From: a virus
IMG/VR virus record: IMGVR_UViG_3300032893_000002
Location: 46,668-110,667 of that record
DNA: 64,000 nt
Direction: 5' to 3' (one strand)
The notes below the pieces were generated by a model. It made no database searches. It saw only the letters and a list, made by a program, of their open reading frames with translations, and had not been told where the DNA came from. Position numbers and translations under genes: made by a program. Below are positions 47,925 through 56,804 of this stretch, piece after piece (position 1 is the first letter of the stretch; every line of letters begins with the position of its first letter).

Positions 47925-48255
47925 CGCTCTTCCTTTTTAACTTATTTCCTAATTCATATCCCATTCTAAACATATCTTCTGCAGTATATCGTTCTCCGTA
48001 ATCGACGCATCTAAATACAGGATGAACTGCACCAAATAATTCGAATACTTTCTTCGCTACGTCTGGATCATAATACCCAGCCATATATCCAAGATTATCG
48101 CGCAATGTAGAAGAAGCTTCGAAATATGAAAGACTGCACTCCTGTTGCATCTTCGCAACTTCTTTTTCAAACCATATATCTGCTTCTGCTCTTGTTCTAC
48201 AACTTAGAGCTTGTTTAAATTGCTCATCAACACTTCTTACTTCATCCATTTTCAT
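47914..48255 (-). CDS. Hypothetical protein
   Basis: ORF; overlaps the neighbouring gene by a few nucleotides. Confidence 0.3.
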   Translation of the reverse strand: MKMDEVRSVDEQFKQALSCRTRAEADIWFEKEVAKMQQECSLSYFEASSTLRDNLGYMAGYYDPDVAKKVFELFGAVHPVFRCVDYGERYTAEDMFRMGYELGNKLKRKSDEA

Positions 48256-48411
48256 CTTCCTGTTCCCAAAATCTACACCACCTCGCTAGATTAAGTAATT
48301 CTTTTGGATAGCCATCACGGATTAATGTATCATGTAAACTTTCGCCTTCCAAAGGTTTATACTCTTTTGGAAAACCATATTTCCAGCCTTCGGGCGGATC
48401 GTAAATTCTAG

Positions 48412-48615
48412 TCATATTGGTCGTTCATGCAGTACCTTTCCGCATTGATTGCACACGATTTTTATCTTATTGTAAGCGCAGCCCCATCCAGGACTTGATA
48501 TTACTTCGCGAGTCTTTGGGTGATCACACTTTTTCCCTTTAGGCCAATTGCGTCCGAAGTTGGGTTTCAAAAGAAACGTAACAGGAAATGCAGAATCACG
48601 AATTGATATATTCAT
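48412..48615 (-). CDS. Small zinc-ribbon-like protein
   Basis: CDHP...CNQCG. Confidence 0.3.
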   Translation of the reverse strand: MNISIRDSAFPVTFLLKPNFGRNWPKGKKCDHPKTREVISSPGWGCAYNKIKIVCNQCGKVLHERPI

Positions 48616-48998
48616 ATGCTTCCTTTTTCTTTTAGAAAAGCTATCTCTGCAGCAGCTAGTTCATCAATTAAGCGATTTAGCTTTTCGTACTCTTGCCCAG
48701 ACGGAAGAAGTCCGTCGCGCTTAATTTTCATTGCTTCGTAACCTACATCATAAAAGGCTTCATCGAGATTTTTCATAAATATGTCTTTCAAGTCAAGTGC
48801 GTACTGGACGGACTGGCCTTCGCCTGGGCACGCGAACTTCAGGTGTTTATATCCGGATTCGGTCTCTGGCTCTGTTGATCTGCGTGGTTTGCTGACAGAA
48901 CCAGAGAGCGGCGGGAAAGGACGGAACTCTCGCTCATAGCGAGCTATCTCGTCTCGCAAATCAACAAGTTGAAGAGTTAAGCCATTTAGAGATTTCAC
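48612..48998 (-). CDS. Hypothetical protein
   Basis: ORF only. Confidence 0.3.
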   Translation of the reverse strand: MKSLNGLTLQLVDLRDEIARYEREFRPFPPLSGSVSKPRRSTEPETESGYKHLKFACPGEGQSVQYALDLKDIFMKNLDEAFYDVGYEAMKIKRDGLLPSGQEYEKLNRLIDELAAAEIAFLKEKGSI

Positions 48999-49155
48999 AA
49001 ATATACTTTTAGTAAGTTATTTATTTCAGGATTATTAATTCCTTTAAGTAAGCATACTTCGCGAACAAGTTCAGCAATTGTGAAGACGACCCAGAGTTCG
49101 TTTGGTTCCTCTTCGCCAGTTATCACCTCTGCTATTTTGAGTAATTCAGTTTCGG

Positions 49156-51798
49156 TCATGCTTCTTCTTTCAACTCACTTATAGTATTCGATATATTACC
49201 AGACATCATTGTGCTTGAAAGTGCAAACTGTCCAATCGAGTACGCCTGTGCCAATAACACTAAGAATCGATCTCTTGTATTTCTAGATTTTTGAACATAA
49301 AGTCTAGCTAAGCCTAATCGTTGTTCTTCTGGAGTTTGGCTATAAGTTACTACAATATCAGCCGTTCCTATCTTACTCCAATCTTCTGCAACGTTTGTGG
49401 ATGTTACTAACTTGGCAGATTCAGATTCTCTATTACCTTGCGTAGCCGTTACGACTGCCATATTCCGTGCTACAGCTAATCCGCGTAAATCTCTATATAA
49501 TCTTCCAGTATCAATTCTAAGCGAATCAGCATTAAGATACATCAGATCTGCATAATCCAAAACTAAGCAATCAGGAACAAAGTTCTGTTCTTGTTTCAAC
49601 TGTTCTAAATATAAGGTAAGTTGCGGTACGGTAAGAGCTCCAGTAGGGAATTCCTTAATTAATAGCCTTGGATAGCTCTTCATGTCCAGCAATCGTTTAT
49701 GGAGCTCCCTACGCTTAGCAGGGATCGAATTTCGTTGTATATTACGAAACTGGATACTTACTTGTCCATTGACGTCTGTTTCAAAATAGGCTGTATTAAC
49801 TTCTGCTGCTTCGTCTCTTGTTAAACTAAACAAAGATTGAATATATCTCTGTGCAGTCATCTTCTCATCATTCTCAAGCGTGATATGCAGCACGGAATGA
49901 TGATGCATTAGTGAATGCTTACCTACATTTACAAGAAACCAACTATTATGCGTGATGATATTGCCTGCAATAAAGTTGTGATTATCTTTAACTGAGAGAT
50001 CATATGTTTCTATATCTCCGACATACTCGATAGTCTTTACTGAATCAAAAAAGGCATTATCAGATATCTTTATGCAGCCTTTTGGAAACGCAATTTTTGC
50101 AGTATAAGAACATTCGGGCTGACTATATGTTATTAGTTTTTGTTGGGGTTTATATGAAATCAATTTCCCATTTTTATTATAATAGTGTACTTCTGCGTTT
50201 TTTCTAGCGTAACAAACTTTGTCTCTTTTTGGAGATATAACGAGCTTTTGAATTCCGAAACGATCTACAACTATATTAGCTCTTCGAACTTTTTCGGGAA
50301 CAATAAAGCCAATTTTTTTAATGAACTTTAGAACATTTAGTTTGCCCGTAATCACTACATAAGCATATCCTGGAAGTTGTTTTCCTTTCCATTCTGCTGT
50401 AAATGTGTCGAATTTAGCGATAATGCCTAAACGCATAAGAAGATAATTAATATCTTCTACGAGACGTTTACTTGAAAGACTTAATTCTATTACTGGGCAA
50501 TGTGTTTCATGTGCATATATCGACCCATCACAAGAAAAGAATACTTTTAAAAATTCTGCAATCAGTTCATCATTTAGATTGAAAATAAATTCAGGTATGC
50601 ATTTTACATTGGATTTCTTTCCTGCAAGACCTGTTAAGCGAAGCAATTCTTTTACTTTACTATTATGCTTGCCTTTATTTTCCTCATTGCATACAATATA
50701 GCAAAATCCTTCTTCCCAAGATTTATTATCTTTTCCGAAAGAACAACGATCCCCCAGAAATTCCACGCAATGCTGAAAGTCTTTTTGAATTGTTGGATCA
50801 ATATTTGTAAATGTCGGAGTATTTTGTGTTAAGCCTCCCTCGGCAATTAGATACGCAAGTAGACGTACAACTTCTGGTTCTACTTTATTCTTTCCTAAAT
50901 CACTTAATTTAAGTGGAACAGCTATTTTATCTTTTGTAATATCAATATCTTTTATAGCTTTCCATCCAGTTTCAGTTAAAAATGGGTGGTCTTCTGAAAC
51001 CGATATTTCACGCCCTAAGCGTGTAGTAATTTTATAGCATTTCTTTTTACCATTTTTCCACCATCCATTCACATCTGCTACAACGAACTTTTTTTGTTCT
51101 TCCGAGAACGATATAATAGATGTGATCTTTTGTTCTACGGCCTTTTTAATTGTTATCCTTGAACCATCCGGAAGAACTACAAGTTCATTTTCAGCAATGC
51201 ACTTCCCGCGCCCTGCCGCGCCCAAGAAGAGGTACAATGTTTTACGCGATGGACGCACGCCTCTTACGTCTAAAAGATCTACTCCTGATGAAAAGAATTC
51301 TTCCTGTTCTTCCAAATCAAGAAAGCTTAGAGCTTGTTGTGGATCTTTTAGCCATATTCCTGTTGATCCTTCAGGTCCAAGACCTCTATTTTTGAATGCT
51401 GTTTCTTGAGCTTTTTCAAGCTCGCCTTGCCCAAGCAATTCTAAAGCATCTCGTAGTTGCGTCGTCAGTTGTTGAGAAGCTACGAATCGCTCTAACTGTT
51501 CTAAAACGAATGCAGCATCTACTTGTCCTGCCTGTTTCCTGAGAAAATCATATTGCTGCGCTAATAGGGCACCTTGCTGTCCCCGACGCATATCTGCTTC
51601 GAGGAGATATTCAAGTGCTCCCTTTGGTGCATTTCCGAATTTTTTGATGTGGTCTAGAGCTGCTACAGCTATCTGTCTATTTGTAGGATTAGTAAAAATA
51701 TCACTGCTAGGAATTTTAACAGCTAGCGACGCAGCTCTCTCGTCATCCCAACAGAGGAGACTTAGTACTGCCTCCTCTAAGGCTGCTTGCGAGATCAT
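49156..51798 (-). CDS. DnaB-like replicative helicase interrupted by an intein
   Basis: DnaB-like N-terminal domain. Walker A GAAGRGK|S is split by a 419-aa insert that begins with Cys and ends with HN. Walker B LVLDYADLM downstream. Confidence 0.65.
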   Translation of the reverse strand: MISQAALEEAVLSLLCWDDERAASLAVKIPSSDIFTNPTNRQIAVAALDHIKKFGNAPKGALEYLLEADMRRGQQGALLAQQYDFLRKQAGQVDAAFVLEQLERFVASQQLTTQLRDALELLGQGELEKAQETAFKNRGLGPEGSTGIWLKDPQQALSFLDLEEQEEFFSSGVDLLDVRGVRPSRKTLYLFLGAAGRGKCIAENELVVLPDGSRITIKKAVEQKITSIISFSEEQKKFVVADVNGWWKNGKKKCYKITTRLGREISVSEDHPFLTETGWKAIKDIDITKDKIAVPLKLSDLGKNKVEPEVVRLLAYLIAEGGLTQNTPTFTNIDPTIQKDFQHCVEFLGDRCSFGKDNKSWEEGFCYIVCNEENKGKHNSKVKELLRLTGLAGKKSNVKCIPEFIFNLNDELIAEFLKVFFSCDGSIYAHETHCPVIELSLSSKRLVEDINYLLMRLGIIAKFDTFTAEWKGKQLPGYAYVVITGKLNVLKFIKKIGFIVPEKVRRANIVVDRFGIQKLVISPKRDKVCYARKNAEVHYYNKNGKLISYKPQQKLITYSQPECSYTAKIAFPKGCIKISDNAFFDSVKTIEYVGDIETYDLSVKDNHNFIAGNIITHNSWFLVNVGKHSLMHHHSVLHITLENDEKMTAQRYIQSLFSLTRDEAAEVNTAYFETDVNGQVSIQFRNIQRNSIPAKRRELHKRLLDMKSYPRLLIKEFPTGALTVPQLTLYLEQLKQEQNFVPDCLVLDYADLMYLNADSLRIDTGRLYRDLRGLAVARNMAVVTATQGNRESESAKLVTSTNVAEDWSKIGTADIVVTYSQTPEEQRLGLARLYVQKSRNTRDRFLVLLAQAYSIGQFALSSTMMSGNISNTISELKEEA
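49945..51201 (-). mobile_element. Intein with LAGLIDADG homing endonuclease, inserted in helicase P-loop
   Basis: Begins CIAENELVVLPDGS and ends IITHN followed by S. Internal LLAYLIAEGGL (LAGLIDADG motif). Confidence 0.6.
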
Positions 51799-51817
51799 TT
51801 ACTTATAGTATTAGCTC

Positions 51818-52060
51818 CTACTTTTCGTTTGCTTCTTTACATTTCTTAATAATGTCCCTTACTCGTTGATCGTTTGAATCAACGCCGAGAGGAAGTTCTC
51901 CCGTTGCTACGATGCGAGAGAATGCATCTTTATAATTTCCATCGGAATAAGATTCAACAAATTCGTCTGTTATAGATTTCATAGGCATATGAAGCAATCC
52001 TGGTGTAGGTCGTTTTGGTAGGATATTTTGTTTTTGTCTGCCTTTAGGTTTTTTCGTCAT
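51818..52060 (-). CDS. Small basic hypothetical protein
   Basis: ORF only. Confidence 0.3.
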   Translation of the reverse strand: MTKKPKGRQKQNILPKRPTPGLLHMPMKSITDEFVESYSDGNYKDAFSRIVATGELPLGVDSNDQRVRDIIKKCKEANEK

Positions 52061-53668
52061 CTACACAGCTCTCTTATTTCCAAATTCGAGAATATGCAAA
52101 CGTGGACTGAAGTTGTATCCAAATTTTTCAGCTAGTTCTTTAACTTGATTTTGTCTTAGTTCTTGTTCTTCTTTTGTTCGTCCTTCTGGCATCAACCAAA
52201 CTTGCTTTGGAGAAATATTACAAATAAGTATGATAGCTTTCATTTCTTCGATATCAGCTTCTGATTGAATAACGAATTTAAATGTTGCTTTTTCTCCTAA
52301 AGCAGCAATGCCTTCTAGGATATGTGGTTTCAGCCTATCTTTTAGAGGATTGTCAGGACCTGAATTGGAAGTTTTTGGCGAGCAGTTAAATTGATTTACT
52401 GCATCCGAAAATTCTTTAATTGGTAAGACAGTTCCGTTTGTTTCTACTTCAACCCACCAATCCTCTTGAGTTTTTAGTGTTTTAAATAGTTCTAGCAATT
52501 TCACTTGCTGAAGCATTGGTTCGCCACCAGAGACGACTAAACTTCTAACGTCGCCAGCAAGGGCATAAATCGTATCTCGAACCTTCCAAATTTCCATTTT
52601 ATGAACTTCTAATGCAGGGTCATACTTCTCAGGGTGCTTGAAGTTAGTTCCTATCCACGACCATGTAAACGGTGTGTCGCAGTTATGTGCTAGCAGTGTA
52701 TTAGCGAAATAGCTATGGAAGTCTTCTACTTCTAGGTTGTAGACTTTGATTTTTTTACTATCTCCATTAAATCGCGCTGCTTGTCTAACGCTGATTGGAG
52801 TAACTGAAACAACTTTCTTGCCATTATGCAATGCGTATCTTTTTTGTAAAAAGTATTTTTCTATTCTAATAAACCGTTTTTCCTCTTCAAGATGGCAGCG
52901 TTTGCACAACGTAATCAGCAAATGATATTCATGGCTTTGACAAATTCTAAATGGAATTATATGATGCACTTCTAATTTTGAAGTTGCGCCACATTTTTGA
53001 CATGTATGATTATCGCGCTCTAAAATATCTTCTCGTATGCGATCCCAGTTAGTTAAATAAGTCGGATAATACTCCGCGCGGTCTCCAAGGTATCTTGGAT
53101 TTTTAGGCCCAAGCTTTGAGGCACGTAAGCGCACTCTTGTTTCCCACGAAGCTCTTTTCCCTGTAAAAGTTTTCTTTGCTAGTTCAGATAATCGTTGTCT
53201 AGCCGCTGGTCTATAGGAGGGATTAGCATTTTTCATATACCAAGCGATTGTATCAATATAATTAATTTCATCGCCTGCAAGAAGATTTTCCGCGTTTATC
53301 CATCCCCTATTTGTATAAAATTCATGATTTTTTGTAACAAAAACTCTGCTGCTTTCTGTTTCACCTTCAACTTGAACTTTAACAATTTCTTCTCTTGTAA
53401 CTTCCCTTTCAAATACTTTAGTTACTTTCTTTGGAAGGATTTCTTTGCCATCAGAACTTAAAACTAAATCTCCAACTTTGATATCTTTAATCTTCCGATA
53501 TCCTGTAGGCGTATAGATATGAGTATTTCCAACAAAACACCAGATACAGGCAAGATTGCACCCAGATAAGCGAAGAAATACAACCTTTTTTGTTGCTGTT
53601 TTTCCTTCACCTTGATAGGACGAATATATTTCGTTGACTGCAAGAGTTGATAACATATTTAGGCACAT
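52061..53668 (-). CDS. queE: 7-carboxy-7-deazaguanine synthase QueE (radical SAM) interrupted by an intein
   Basis: Exteins give VNEIYSSYQGEG...RLSGCNLACIW|CDTPFTWSW (CxxxCxxC, QueE-like). A 286-aa insert carries an HNH motif. Confidence 0.65.
   Translation of the reverse strand: MCLNMLSTLAVNEIYSSYQGEGKTATKKVVFLRLSGCNLACIWCFVGNTHIYTPTGYRKIKDIKVGDLVLSSDGKEILPKKVTKVFEREVTREEIVKVQVEGETESSRVFVTKNHEFYTNRGWINAENLLAGDEINYIDTIAWYMKNANPSYRPAARQRLSELAKKTFTGKRASWETRVRLRASKLGPKNPRYLGDRAEYYPTYLTNWDRIREDILERDNHTCQKCGATSKLEVHHIIPFRICQSHEYHLLITLCKRCHLEEEKRFIRIEKYFLQKRYALHNGKKVVSVTPISVRQAARFNGDSKKIKVYNLEVEDFHSYFANTLLAHNCDTPFTWSWIGTNFKHPEKYDPALEVHKMEIWKVRDTIYALAGDVRSLVVSGGEPMLQQVKLLELFKTLKTQEDWWVEVETNGTVLPIKEFSDAVNQFNCSPKTSNSGPDNPLKDRLKPHILEGIAALGEKATFKFVIQSEADIEEMKAIILICNISPKQVWLMPEGRTKEEQELRQNQVKELAEKFGYNFSPRLHILEFGNKRAV
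52682..53539 (-). mobile_element. Intein with HNH endonuclease, inserted before the third Cys of the QueE Fe-S motif
   Basis: Begins CFVGNTHIYTP and ends LLAHN followed by C. HNH motif CQKCGATSKLEVHHIIP...CKRCH. Confidence 0.6.
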
Positions 53669-53776
53669 TTCCTTTTAGAATCCATATTACATCATCGTAC
53701 TTGAAACCTTCTGGCATGCGCGCGCCGTCAGGGATTTGTTTGTTAATAGTACCGTTAGTAACCCAATGCCATTCTG

Positions 53777-54265
53777 TCATTTCGAATATGTTGCGCTACA
53801 TTTTGCTGTTTCGTGTACTGTGACGCCTGATAAGACTACGCCACTTCCTTTAAATACTTCTGGGCCAATAGTATCCACTAAGTATTGCGCTATGTTTTCT
53901 GCTGTTGGATTAAAAGGCACTATAACTACCCGCGGATCAATTTGCGTTAGTTGTTTTTGCCACGGATCTTGATCCCAAATTAGCATTCTATGATCCCACT
54001 CAGCGTCGAGCCAGGAACACATTCGACGTTTTATTTCTGAAAAATCAATTATCATTCCAATTTCATCTAATTCATCTGCGTGACAGAATAGTTCAAATTT
54101 ATATTCGTGCCCATGTAACGATTGACATGGCCCGGGCTTGCCCAAATTATCATGCTGGCCTACGACTCTATGTCCAGCACATATTGAATGTTCTCGAGTT
54201 ACTATTCCTGTAAAAGGCATTATAATGAAATATACTATTACTTTATTAATTCGTTGCTGCAACAT
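53777..54265 (-). CDS. queD: 6-carboxy-5,6,7,8-tetrahydropterin synthase QueD
   Basis: C..HGH signature CQSLHGHEYKFEL and ICAGHRVVGQ; size 162 aa. Confidence 0.65.
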   Translation of the reverse strand: MLQQRINKVIVYFIIMPFTGIVTREHSICAGHRVVGQHDNLGKPGPCQSLHGHEYKFELFCHADELDEIGMIIDFSEIKRRMCSWLDAEWDHRMLIWDQDPWQKQLTQIDPRVVIVPFNPTAENIAQYLVDTIGPEVFKGSGVVLSGVTVHETAKCSATYSK

Positions 54266-54533
54266 CTTTAATGAATGATTCGTTTGTTACTTTAAATCCG
54301 AGTTTCTTCGAAACTTCTTCTAATTCCTTTTCTGAAAGACCGAAATCTCCTACTGTACTCTGATCGGAGACGAAGACATTATCTGCCCATTCTTCTGGTG
54401 TTCTTTTCTTTGAAACGTATGGAGCAATAACTATAAGAAATCGTCTTAGTCCGGCTTGATATTTTTCTACCTCAGCATCGTCTGCTGTATAGACATCGTA
54501 ACCGCGCGCTTTTCCTAGATACTGTTTAGTCAT
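54246..54533 (-). CDS. Hypothetical protein
   Basis: ORF only. Confidence 0.3.
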   Translation of the reverse strand: MTKQYLGKARGYDVYTADDAEVEKYQAGLRRFLIVIAPYVSKKRTPEEWADNVFVSDQSTVGDFGLSEKELEEVSKKLGFKVTNESFIKDVAATN

Positions 54534-54756
54534 GTTTCGATCGTCCTTCAGAATCTACCATAGATGCGAAAGATCCTTGCTTACAGACTGCATAGTAATG
54601 ATAATCGCTTCCATCTACAAATCTATAAACACTGCAACCATCATGCGTAAATAACAGATCTACACTTACATCTTTATTGTTTGTTTTTACAGATGAAATA
54701 GGATCTGCTGTGCATCCTATCAAACAAAGTAGCAATAAACCTAAAATGTATTTCAT
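54526..54756 (-). CDS. Small lipoprotein
   Basis: Signal peptide with LIGC lipobox. Confidence 0.35.
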   Translation of the reverse strand: MKYILGLLLLCLIGCTADPISSVKTNNKDVSVDLLFTHDGCSVYRFVDGSDYHYYAVCKQGSFASMVDSEGRSKHD

Positions 54757-54937
54757 TTTTCATCCTGTTCTTCTTTGTTATATAACATACCTGCCTGCAT
54801 GCAGCACTGTTCGGTAAAACAATGAAAGTGGCCTTTGTGAAAGTGACAAATACAATCACATCGTTTTTCTCTAGCAGTTTTAGTTAGCAGTTGTATTACG
54901 TCCGTAATATCTGCTCAGATAAGCATGAGTTCTTGCT

Positions 54938-55330
54938 TCATTTTACACCATACTTCTTTTGTAGTGCAGCCAGTAAAGCTAGCTCTCTATCGACGGCAGT
55001 TTTTGCTGCTTCGGCGCTCCGCTGTGCTTTTTCAAGTTCTTGTTGCTCTATTGCTTTCTTAATATAAGCTTTAACTTCAGTCGGAGACGTAACTGCGAAT
55101 TCTCTACGATTCCAAGGATAATCATTTCTCCATCCTGCTTCTAAGAGAAAAAACCATTCTTCTTCCGTTAGAGAGAATCCTTTGGAATGAACTGCAAGAG
55201 CATAATAATCTTCTGCTTCTATCTGCGTTACTTCTGCAGGACCATTGATTTGTTCTAATGCCTTATTCAGCATATCAACTTCTATGCTTTCGCCCCGGGA
55301 CCACGCTATAATTTGAAATCCTTCAGTCAT
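54938..55330 (-). CDS. Hypothetical protein
   Basis: ORF only. Confidence 0.3.
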   Translation of the reverse strand: MTEGFQIIAWSRGESIEVDMLNKALEQINGPAEVTQIEAEDYYALAVHSKGFSLTEEEWFFLLEAGWRNDYPWNRREFAVTSPTEVKAYIKKAIEQQELEKAQRSAEAAKTAVDRELALLAALQKKYGVK

Positions 55331-55841
55331 TGCTTATCACCCATACATTATCTGGAAGAATTGTTCCTATTACAGCTTTAACTTCTTCCCATTTTAATCC
55401 GCCATTATTACAACCAGGACGCGGAAGAATATAAACCATTCGAGGATTTCTATGCGCTTGAAAAGATAACTGAATCGCAGAATGTTTAATTAATTCGAGA
55501 TCTGATCTGTCCCGCCAATTATGCTTTGTTGGAAAGATAAGTAAGAAATGATATTGCCCATCTTTGCCAACATTTGCATTCCAAACAACATTCCCATGTT
55601 CCTTTGCGCCGAGAAGATGATCTCCAAGTATTTTAGGAAGATGCGGGTATCGTTCTGCAGCCTCTTTTGCGCACCCTCGACCCATTACTGCTAAACCATC
55701 CTTCCTAATTGTTCCATTTGTAGTTATACAGCATGTATATCCAGGCTGTCCATCAAAATCCCAAAGATTACCTGTTATCTCTTTCACAATTACTCCTTTC
55801 CGGAGCTGTAGGCCATGGCCGTGCAGCTGGCAATGCCGCAT
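55323..55841 (-). CDS. Macro domain (ADP-ribose binding/processing) protein
   Basis: ITGNLWDF...CCITTNG...AVMGRGCAKEAAERYP and ...MVYILPRPGCNNGG follow the macro-domain pattern. Confidence 0.45.
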   Translation of the reverse strand: MRHCQLHGHGLQLRKGVIVKEITGNLWDFDGQPGYTCCITTNGTIRKDGLAVMGRGCAKEAAERYPHLPKILGDHLLGAKEHGNVVWNANVGKDGQYHFLLIFPTKHNWRDRSDLELIKHSAIQLSFQAHRNPRMVYILPRPGCNNGGLKWEEVKAVIGTILPDNVWVISND

Positions 55842-56787
55842 GGTCTACTCTATCAGGCTTAGGGTTCCGGTTTTTATTACCGTAGCTAGGTGTATCTTCT
55901 GGCGGGGGATCAGATTGAAAACTATCTTCATGATAACCAACTTTAAAGCCGGCTGTTGCTTTCTTAACTTTAATCTTTACGCTGTAAGATTCTTTTAGTC
56001 TAGCTACCGATTCTTCAACTGGAACGCCCAGACATAGATATGTACTCGCAATTTCTTTTAAATATGCTAAACTTAATCCGTCTGTTTTATCTGTTAAAAA
56101 CTTAATTGCAGGATGGTCTACACCAAGAAGTTTTTGGAAATATGCACAACGTGTCTCTGCTGCAGGCATGCCCATGCCCACTAGAAAATCAAATCTGCCG
56201 GGCCGCTTAATAAACCTATCAGCGAGTAATTCAGGATAATTTGTTGTAGCTATATGTAATATGCTATTTACTTGTGTTTGTCCATCTAACATTGACAGTG
56301 CGTGAGGTTCTTCTTGTTTATAATCGCCACTAAGAAGTGTATCCATATCCTCAATTAATGTCATCAATTTGCGCTGCGGTTCTATTTTGCGCAAACTAAC
56401 CAAGGCGTTTGATGCAATACTAAATCTGCCAATTGCAATGATAACTCCATCCTCTTTAATCATCTCATTGACAAGTTTTGCTACAATCGCACTCTTGCCA
56501 TTTCCGGGAGGTCCATATAATAGAATACCTCTTTTATGAACAAATTTATGCTTTTCGTATAAATCTTTATTAGCCCAAAACTTTGAAACTTGTTCAGATA
56601 TTAGTTCGTTTGGTAATCCGGGTAAATCAAAAATTTCATCCTTGAACTGTTCAACGTTATAAAATTCGTAGCCTTTTTGTGTTTCAAAAACACTATACAG
56701 TCCCGCAGGTAAACGTTTTACGCCAGCTTGTACAGCGTAGTATCCTGATCCGTCATACATCCAGCATGGTTGAAAATTCTGCTTCAT
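55768..56787 (-). CDS. AAA+ ATPase (classic clade)
   Basis: Walker A LLYGPPGNGKS. Walker B LIEDMD. TTNYP...RPGRFD second region of homology. Confidence 0.65.
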   Translation of the reverse strand: MKQNFQPCWMYDGSGYYAVQAGVKRLPAGLYSVFETQKGYEFYNVEQFKDEIFDLPGLPNELISEQVSKFWANKDLYEKHKFVHKRGILLYGPPGNGKSAIVAKLVNEMIKEDGVIIAIGRFSIASNALVSLRKIEPQRKLMTLIEDMDTLLSGDYKQEEPHALSMLDGQTQVNSILHIATTNYPELLADRFIKRPGRFDFLVGMGMPAAETRCAYFQKLLGVDHPAIKFLTDKTDGLSLAYLKEIASTYLCLGVPVEESVARLKESYSVKIKVKKATAGFKVGYHEDSFQSDPPPEDTPSYGNKNRNPKPDRVDHAALPAARPWPTAPERSNCERDNR

Positions 56788-56804
56788 TAAACAGGCTCCC
56801 TTAT

